From contig OZ024742.1 of assembly GCA_964016885.1 (NCBI GenBank), forward strand, positions 12,586,001 through 12,650,000: 64,000 nt of DNA. Reading direction: 5' to 3'. Positions 54,200 to 64,000 of the stretch are shown here, one piece after another. A program made the translations under genes and the position numbers. The notes beneath the pieces are model-generated. The model was not told the origin of the DNA, searched no databases, and saw only the letters and a list, made by a program, of their open reading frames with translations. Position 1 is the stretch's first letter, and each line of letters begins with the position of its first letter. Origin of the DNA: Eledone cirrhosa (taxonomy: Eukaryota).

Positions 54200-54232
<33 letters not shown>

Positions 54233-54943
54233 ACTCTCTCTCTCTCTCACACACACACGCGCTCTTTCACTCTCACACACTCTCACGCTCTCTCACACTC
54301 TCTCTCACTTTCTCTCACTCTTTCTCCCTCTCTCTCTCACACACATACACACGCTCTTTCACTCTCACACTCTCTTACACACACACTCTCTCTCTCTCAC
54401 TCACTCTCTCTCACACACACACACACACACACGCTCTTTCACTCTCACACTCTCTCACACTCTCTCACACTCTCTCTCACTCTCTCTCACTCTCTCTCTC
54501 ACACACACACGCACACGCGCTTTCACTCTCACACTCTCTCACACACTCTCTCACTCTCTCTCTCTCTCTCACACACGCACACGTTCATTCACTCTCACAC
54601 TCTCTCACTCTCTGTCTCTCACACACGCGCACACGCGCTTTCACTCTCACACTCTCTCTCACTCTCTCTCCCTTTCTCTCTCACTCTCTCCCTCTCTCTC
54701 TCTCACACACACTCACGTCTTTCACTCTCACACTCTCTCACACTCTCTCACTCTCTCTCTTTCTCTCTCTCACTCTCTCTCTCTCACACACACCAGTGCT
54801 CTTTCACTCTCACACTCTCTCACATTCTCTCACCCTCTCTCTCTTTCTCTCTCTCACACACACACACGCTCTTTCACTCTCACACTCTCTCCCACTCTCT
54901 CACTCTCTCTCTCTCTCTCTCTTTCTCTCTTTCTCTCTTTCAC

Positions 54944-54977
<34 letters not shown>

Positions 54978-55112
54978 GCGCTTTCACTCTCACACTCTTT
55001 CACTCTCTCGCCCTCTCTCTCTCTCTCTATCTATCTATCTTTCTCACTCTCTCTCACTCTCTCTTTCTCGCACACACACACACACACGCTCTTTCACTCT
55101 CACACTCGTTAA

Positions 55113-55164
<52 letters not shown>

Positions 55165-55359
55165 CTCACACACACACACGCTCTTTCACTCTCACACTCT
55201 CACACACTCTCTCTCTCTCACACACACACACACGCTCTTTCACTCTCTCACTCTCATACTCTCTCAGTCTCTCTCTCTATCACTCTCACTCTCTCTCTAT
55301 CTATCTATCTATCTATCTCACACACACACACACGTCTTTCACTCTCACACTCTCTCACA

Positions 55360-55390
<31 letters not shown>

Positions 55391-55540
55391 GCTCTTTCAT
55401 TCTCACACACTCTAACACTCTCTCACTCACTCTCTCTCTCTCTTTCTCACTCTCTCTCACTCTCTCTCTCACACATACACACACGCGCTCTTTCACTCTC
55501 ACACTCTCTCACACTCTCTCGCTCTCTTTCTCTCTTTCTC
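53860..55540. repeat. Compound (CT)/(CA) minisatellite with recurring ACGCTCTTTCACTCTCACAC core
   Basis: Seen directly. Confidence 0.9.
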
Positions 55541-55862
55541 CCACCTCTTGTCTATTAATCTGTATTTCCGTCCTCTCTCTTCTGCCTCACACTGTGTCTA
55601 CCACTCTACTTCAGTGTATGTGGGGGTACCAATGTGATATGAAAGTATTTCTGGATGCATCTATCTAAGTATTAAAGTATTACTGTGGCGGGTCCATCGC
55701 CCAGCCTCGTCACCTAAGCAGGGTGTGCTCGTCGACCACATAAACCAGTTAGAAACAGATTTCGCATTAGCAATTAGATTGGCGGCAATCGAAATTGATA
55801 GAAATTGAATAAGAGAAATGTTGAGAAATGTTCGACGGTGACGTGTAAAGGTGTTTCTAGAG

Positions 55863-56550
55863 ACTGACACACAGACATACATATACATACACACTAACAC
55901 ACAGACATACATATACATACACACTGACACACAGACATACATATACATACACACTGGCACACAGACATACATATACATACACACTGACACACAGACATAC
56001 ATGTACATACACACTAACACACAGACATACATATACATACACACTGACACACAGACATACGTATACATACACACTGACACACAGACATACATATACATAC
56101 ACACTGACACACAGACATACATATGCATACACACTGACACACAGACATACGTATACATACACACTGACACTAACATAGATATACATACACACTGACACAC
56201 AGGCATACATATACATACACACTGGCACACAGACATACATATACATACACACTGACACACAGACATACATATACATACACACTGACACACAGACATACAT
56301 ATACATACACACTGACACACAGGCATACATATACATACACACTGGCACACAGACATACATATACATACACACTGACACACAGACATACATATACATACAC
56401 ACTAACACACAGACATACATATGCATACACACTGACACACAGACATACATATACATACACACTGACACACAAACATACGTATACATACACACTGACACAC
56501 AGACATACGTATACATACACACTGACACACAGACATACGTATACACACAC
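55863..56550. repeat. 30-bp minisatellite (CACTGACACACAGACATACATATACATACA)n
   Basis: Seen directly. Confidence 0.92.
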
Positions 56551-57135
56551 ACTGACACTAACATAGATATACACATATACACATTGCACTGACACACACA
56601 TGCATACGTATACATACACACACACTGACACTAACATAGATATACACATATACACATTGCACTGACACACACATGCATACGTATACATACACACACACTG
56701 ACACTAACATAGATATACACATATACACATTGCACTGACACACACATGCATACGTATACATACACACACACTGACACTAACATAGATATACACATATACA
56801 CATTGCACTGACACACACATGCATACGTATACATACACACACACTGACACTAACATAGATATACACATATACACATTGCACTGACACACACATGCATACG
56901 TATACATACTCACACACTGACACTAACATAGATATACACATATACACATTGCACTGACACACACATGCATACGTATACATACACACACACTGACACTAAC
57001 ATAGATATACACATATACACATTGCACTGACACACACATGCATACGTATACATACACACACACTGATACTAACATAGATATACACATATACACATTGCAC
57101 TGACACACACATGCATACGTATACATACACACACA
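56550..57135. repeat. 73-bp tandem repeat, ~8 near-identical copies
   Basis: Near-identical ORFs are offset by 73 bp (56558, 56631, 56704, 56777). Confidence 0.92.
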
Positions 57136-59805
57136 CACAGATAGATACACACACAGAGATACATACACACACACGGAGACATACACACACACGGACACAT
57201 ACACACACACAGATAGATACACACACACAGATAGATACACACACACAGATACATACACACACACAGATAGATACACACACACAGATAGATACACACACAC
57301 GAATAGATACACACACACAGATAGATACACACACACAAATATATACACACACACAGATAGATACACACACACAGATACATACACACACACGGACACATAC
57401 ACACACACAGATAGATACACACACACAGATACATACACACACAGATACATACACACACACAGATACATACACACACACAGATAGATACACACACAGAAAT
57501 ACATACACACACACACACACACACAGATACATACACACACAGAGATATATACATACACATAGATACATACATACAAACAGTTACATACACACACACAGAT
57601 ACATACACACACAGAGATATATACATACACATAGATACATACATACAAACAGTTACATACACACACACAGATACATACACACACAGAGATATATACATAC
57701 ACATAGATACATACATATAAACAGTTACATACACACACACAGATACATACACACACACACGGATACATACACACACAGATACATACACACACACAGATAC
57801 ATACACACACACAGATACATACACACACACGGATAGATACACACACACAGATACATACACACACAGATACATACACGCACATATATACATACACACACAC
57901 ACACAGATACATACACACACACATATACATACACACACACAGATACATACACACACACACATATACATACACACACACAGATACATACACACACACACAG
58001 ATACACACACACACAGATACATACACACACACAGATACATACACACACACAGATACATACACACACACACAGATAGATACACACACAGAAATACATACAC
58101 ACACACACACAGACACATACACACACACAAATATATACACACACACACAGATACATACACACACACAGATACATACACACACACAGATACATACACACAC
58201 AGGTACATACACACACACAGATACATACACACACACAGATACATACACACACACAGATACATACACACACACAGATACATACACACACACAGATACATAC
58301 ACACACACACAGATACATACACACACACACAGATACATACACACACACACAGATACATACACACACACACAGATAGATACACACACAGAAATACATACAC
58401 ACACACACACAGATACATACACACACACAAATATATACACACACACATATACATACACACACACAGATACATACACACACACAGAGATACACACACACAC
58501 ACAAATAGATACACACACACAGATACATACACACACACACAGATACATACACACACACAGATACATACACACACACAGATACATACACACACACACAGAT
58601 ACATACACACACACATATACATACACACACACACAGATACATACACACACACACACAGATAGATACACACACAGAAATACATACACACACACACACAGAT
58701 ACATACACACACACAAATATATACACACACACATATACATACACACACACAGATACATACACACACACAGAGATACACACGCACACACAAATAGATACAC
58801 ACACACAGATACATACACACACACAGATAGATACACACACACAGGTACATACACACACACAGATACATACACACACACAAATAGATGCACACACAGATAC
58901 ATACACACACACAGGTACATACACACACAGATACATACATACACACACATATATATGCACACACTCATATGCATACACACACACAGATACATACACACAC
59001 ACAGATACATATACACACACAGATAAATACACACAGATACATACACACACACACAGATACATACACACACACAAATAGATACACACACACATGTACATAC
59101 ACACACACAGATACATACACACACACATATACATACACACACACAGATACATACACACACACAGATACATACACACACAGATACATACACACACACACAG
59201 ATACATACACACACAGATACATACACACCACAGATACATACACACACACAGATACATACACACACAGATACATACACACACACAGATACATACACACACA
59301 CAGATATATACACACACAGATACATACACACACACATATACATACACACACACACAGATACATACACACACACAGAGATACCTACACACACAGATACATA
59401 CACACACACGGATATATACACACACACACAGATAGATACACACACACAAATACATACACACACACACACAGATAGATACACACACACAAATAGATACATA
59501 CACACATATACATACACACACACAGATATAGATATACACACCCAGATACATACACACACACAGAAACACACACAGATACATACACACACACACAGATACA
59601 CACACAGATACATACATACATACACACACAGAGAGATACAGACACAAACATAGATATACACATATATACACATTGCACAGACACACATATACACATACTG
59701 ACATACATACACACTCACTGATACATACAGACATACATACACACATAGACACACACATACACATATATACACATATATACACATTGCACTGACACACATA
59801 TACAG
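57135..59805. repeat. ~18-20-bp CA-rich minisatellite (CACACACACAGATACATA)n
   Basis: Seen directly. Confidence 0.92.
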
Positions 59806-59950
59806 ACTTTTACTTACTCTTAACACTATGACTTATTAAAGTAAATAGACATTGACGTACCGCTTTTAAAAATTGACCGTTGTTTTTGGAGGCCATCAGG
59901 ATAGTGATTTGTTTACTTTAATAAGTCATAGTGTTAAGAGTAAGTAAAAA

Positions 59951-60032
<82 letters not shown>

Positions 60033-61514
60033 CGTGGAGAAAAGAAAGGGAGAGATAGATAAAGAAAAAGAAGAAAACAAAAAGAAAAGAGAACAGAGGA
60101 AAATAACGGGAGATTTCAAAACCATCAGACAGAGAAAAAAAATCCAATGAGAGATATATAGAGATAGAGAGAGGGGGGAGAGAACGAAAGCCTTAAGTTA
60201 TGTCATATTAAGTTGAGTTAACAATTGGGATGAAAAGCATAAATAAAATTAGAAATATTAATATTCATGAATGGAATATAGATATATAATATGAGAAATT
60301 ACACATTGTTTAATTATGATTAGATATTTAGTTTAAAATTGAGATCAATATATTAAAAATTGGAATTTAAACATTATAAAATATATATATTGCTAGAGAG
60401 ATTATCTATCGCATATTACATACACATAGGCAAAGGTACATAAATATATATATATACACACTCACTCAGAAAATACACATTATATCTACATAGCCTGTAC
60501 ATTCACATCCATAATTCTTAGCTATACATGAATAGATATGTGTGTGCATGTTCAATTGGTATACAGGCGTCACTCATGCATATATACAGACAGACATATA
60601 ATCATAAAAAGCATATAACACATGTATATGTATGTCAACACACACATATAGATACATTAGCCGTATATAGATATAATCAACATATAACATAGTACAATTG
60701 AGTATATAAAATACAAAAGGAATATATTTTGGAAATATAATTATATCAATATAACTTAAAAAGCAAACGAATTCTACAAATATCAAAATACTAAAATATC
60801 CCAAAATATTATAGAATATTTTAAGTTAAAATAATATGTTTAATATATTTAGTATAGAAATTAATCTTACGTATATTTTAATCAAGATATTGAAAGGACA
60901 AACTTTTGAAAATTATGAGAAGCTATCAGAATAAAAATAAATCTAATAAAAATTATGAGAAGCTATCAGAATAAAAACAAATCTAATAAAAACAAATCTA
61001 ATAAAAAAAAAATAAAAAATGAATCTAATAAAAAAATAAATAAAATAATCTAATAAAAAATAAATCTAATAAAAAATAAATCTAATAAAAAATAAAATAT
61101 TATATCAATATAACTTAAAAAACAACGGATTCTACAGATAACAAAATATTAAAAATAAAAATAAAAAATGAAGAAATTAAAAATTTTTTTTAAAATCCAA
61201 AAGAAATTTCAAAAATTTTTTTTAATCTTTACAATTTTAAAAATTTCAAAAATTTTTAAAAATTTTAAATACTCTTAAAATATTATAGAATATTTAAGCT
61301 AAAATAATATGTTTAGTATAGAAATTTATCTTACGTAATTTTATTCAAGATATTGAAAGGAGAAACTTTTCTAGAATAGTTTATTATATTTATAATTATA
61401 TTTATGAAGAAAATTTATACTTGGGTACTCAACCAAAGAAAATGAAAAAGGTGAAGGAATCTAATGATTTATCGACAGGTTAGATATATTAACTAAAATT
61501 ACTTAATTAATTAA

Positions 61515-63380
61515 ACTACATTTTAAATTTATATTTAATTTAAACGTTGAGTTTTCTGAAGAGAATTAAAAGGAGTAGCTTTTGAAATAATATTCCAAAT
61601 CAGCGAATATTCAACATTATCTGCGTTTTAGGTCCCATAATAGGCTAGATAGCGAAGTTGAAGATTTTTTGTTTAATCTGTAAAATAATTTTTATGATTA
61701 TTGAAGCGGGATTTAAATTCTGTAGAGGTAGAACCGACATAGTTAAATGAATTTAAATTAGTTTTAACATTACAATTATAAACTACATTTTTAGCTAAGG
61801 CAATTGTTATTTAACGGACAGTTGGATTTATTTCTACAGTTACAGTTATTCGATTGAATATTGCTTGGGTTATTAATTGTATTTTGGTTAGGTTTTAAAT
61901 TTCTATTATTAATTCTATTAATATTTTTCGCTAAATTTTGGTGGAAGAGTAGGTTAATTTTATAGTATGTCTATTAAAAATTGAGTAATATTTATGTGTT
62001 CTAGGGAATCGTTTGTCAAGAGCTTTAAATAATAGTTTAGCAATAGGGGTTTTAATATTTAGTGAGAAAGGGGGAGCGAACCATAATATAGTCCTAGTTC
62101 TATTTCTTTTTCGGCTTTCGGGGTTATAGTAATATTTTCTATTATGGTGTTGAAATTGTTACCATAATTAAAGTTGTTATTATTTTGGTTATTTGTATAT
62201 TATTATTATTATCGATGTATTTAATTTTATTTCTATACCCAGCTCTACCTAACGCTTCATTGTAATAATGCGCTTTTTCATCAAATATATTCTTATAGAT
62301 GAAATTCTTGAAATACGTTCTTGAACAGAGTTCACTATAGTATTTTTAACGGATCTGGGGTGATTAGAGTTAAAATTGACATAATTTAAAATTCTCATTT
62401 AGTTTGTGAAATGGATAATGAAGACATGTGTTGAGATTTAGTGTTACATCTAGAAAATTGACTTTTTATGGTTATTCTCTATTTCTACTTTTAGATTAAG
62501 GTAATTAAAAAATTGTATAATTTGTTTCTTTTTCTATTTAGTTCACAGCTATTATTTTCTATAAGTAAAAGCATGTCGTCACGATATAAGCCTCCGGTTA
62601 CATCTGGTATTTTTCTATGTAGAAAGAATTAATTATAAATAGGCCCACAAGGTCCGTTACCTGAGCTGAGTCTGAAGATCCATGAGTCTGAAGATCCCAT
62701 AGTTATGTCGAAATTATTATTTCTATCTGCCCTAGTCTAGAGTTGGTTATTAAATTCTATTAATGTTTTCCGTGCCGATAATATAATGTGCATTTCATTG
62801 CTAGTTAGGTCTGTATGTTTAAAATGCGTAAGTTAGTGCCTTATTCAGTAGATTAGGAGTGATAGATGAGTAGTAGTTAGCAATATCCAAACTGAATAAA
62901 CTTATTATTATAGTTATATTTAATTTCTTTAAACCAATCGATAACCTCACTAGTCCCTTTCAATAATTTTAAGTAAGATAAATTAGGTAAATTCTTAATT
63001 TGTTGTATTACTCTGTCTAGAATATTTTTGCTAAGTCTGCCCAGGTCAGATTTAGATGGTGCAATTAATCTGAATGGTAAATCATTTTCAAAGTTTCTTT
63101 TATGATCCTTCATATTGATCTTAGGTTTCCTTGGCATGAAGGGTTGTATTTAATTTTCAATGTCTAGTTCATGCATTATCAAGTTCGTCCTTATTTGCTA
63201 CTTTATATTTCTTCCTTAGTTCCATCAATATAAGGTCGTTATAAATGTCCTTTTGTATTCCATAAAGATTATTAGTTTTGTCCGACTTGACTAGAATTTT
63301 CTCCGTTTTCTCCAAGTTTTCAATCTTATCTTTAATATCTCTTAAGTAATCTTGGCCTTTGAAGTTGTTTTTGAAAACTT
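61515..63380 (-). pseudogene. Decayed Penelope-like RT + GIY-YIG ORF, same family as 25714-26508
   Basis: Minus strand, frameshifted: EKILVKSDKTNNLY; KDHKRNF...FRLIAPSKSDLGRLSKNILD; FIQF; DITMGS...DSAQVTDLVGLF; GGLYRDDM; VNFLDVTLNL; YVNFNSNHP; WFAPPFSLNIKT...IFNRHTIKLTYS; CNCRNKSNCP; YVGSTSTEFK. An AT-rich 3' region continues toward ~60.0 kb. Confidence 0.9.
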
Positions 63381-63394
63381 ATATATATATATAT

Positions 63395-63610
63395 ATATAA
63401 ATGAAAGGTATAGATAATATTGTAGCAAGAAGCCAACAGTATTCCATAATATATAAGTGACTATAGCGTCAAAATGGGAAAAATAGTTAACGTAAGATGT
63501 GGGAAAAATAATTCAAACTCAACTCAAAAGGAATCAGGATATAGATTCATCCAACAGAATTTAGTGAAATCCAGGGAAAAATCAATAGAGATAAAATAAA
63601 GTTTAAAATA
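63395..63610 (-). mobile_element. Second copy of family B repeat, cut by the gap
   Basis: Matches 22295-22515. Confidence 0.8.
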
Positions 63611-63810
63611 NNNNNNNNNNNNNNNNNNNNNNNNNNNNNNNNNNNNNNNNNNNNNNNNNNNNNNNNNNNNNNNNNNNNNNNNNNNNNNNNNNNNNNNNNN
63701 NNNNNNNNNNNNNNNNNNNNNNNNNNNNNNNNNNNNNNNNNNNNNNNNNNNNNNNNNNNNNNNNNNNNNNNNNNNNNNNNNNNNNNNNNNNNNNNNNNNN
63801 NNNNNNNNNN
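63611..63810. other. Assembly gap (200 N)
   Basis: Seen directly. Confidence 1.
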
Positions 63811-63870
63811 CAAAGCTTATAAAATACATGTGAGTGATTTATATTTAATTAACTATAGTAACATGCACGA

Positions 63871-63938
<68 letters not shown>

Positions 63939-63944
63939 AAACAC

Positions 63945-64000
<56 letters not shown>

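Noticed and set aside
55670-55862. Unique, relatively GC-rich island as a host exon
   Set aside because: No recognisable peptide and unconvincing splice signals; cannot be supported without RNA data.
59880-60140. CTGATGG motifs on the minus strand as the HHR of the decayed PLE
   Set aside because: Core mismatch and no credible stems.

Overview
AT-rich, microsatellite-saturated animal DNA. The SINE families and composition suggest a coleoid cephalopod such as Octopus (inference). No conventional host gene is recognisable, and almost all ORFs in the track are translations of simple repeats. Bases 1-14110 are a G-rich 9-bp satellite (TATGGTGGR) with a ~4.2-kb higher-order repeat. The rest is a patchwork of Penelope-like element (PLE) pieces (one open GIY-YIG endonuclease ORF, one decayed RT+EN copy), RTE LINE fragments, tRNA-derived SINEs, MITEs and minisatellites. 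The main hidden signal, found by hand-folding, is about 18 type I hammerhead ribozyme (HHR) motifs from roughly 12 apparently distinct sequence families between 14.8 and 51.1 kb; most are well formed and a few are degenerate or truncated. Most lie in fragments bounded by (TA)n. They include a 538-bp retrozyme-like unit with tandem HHRs, a compensatory base change and a near-perfect ~830-bp palindrome. All RNA structures were paired by eye, and repeat boundaries are approximate.
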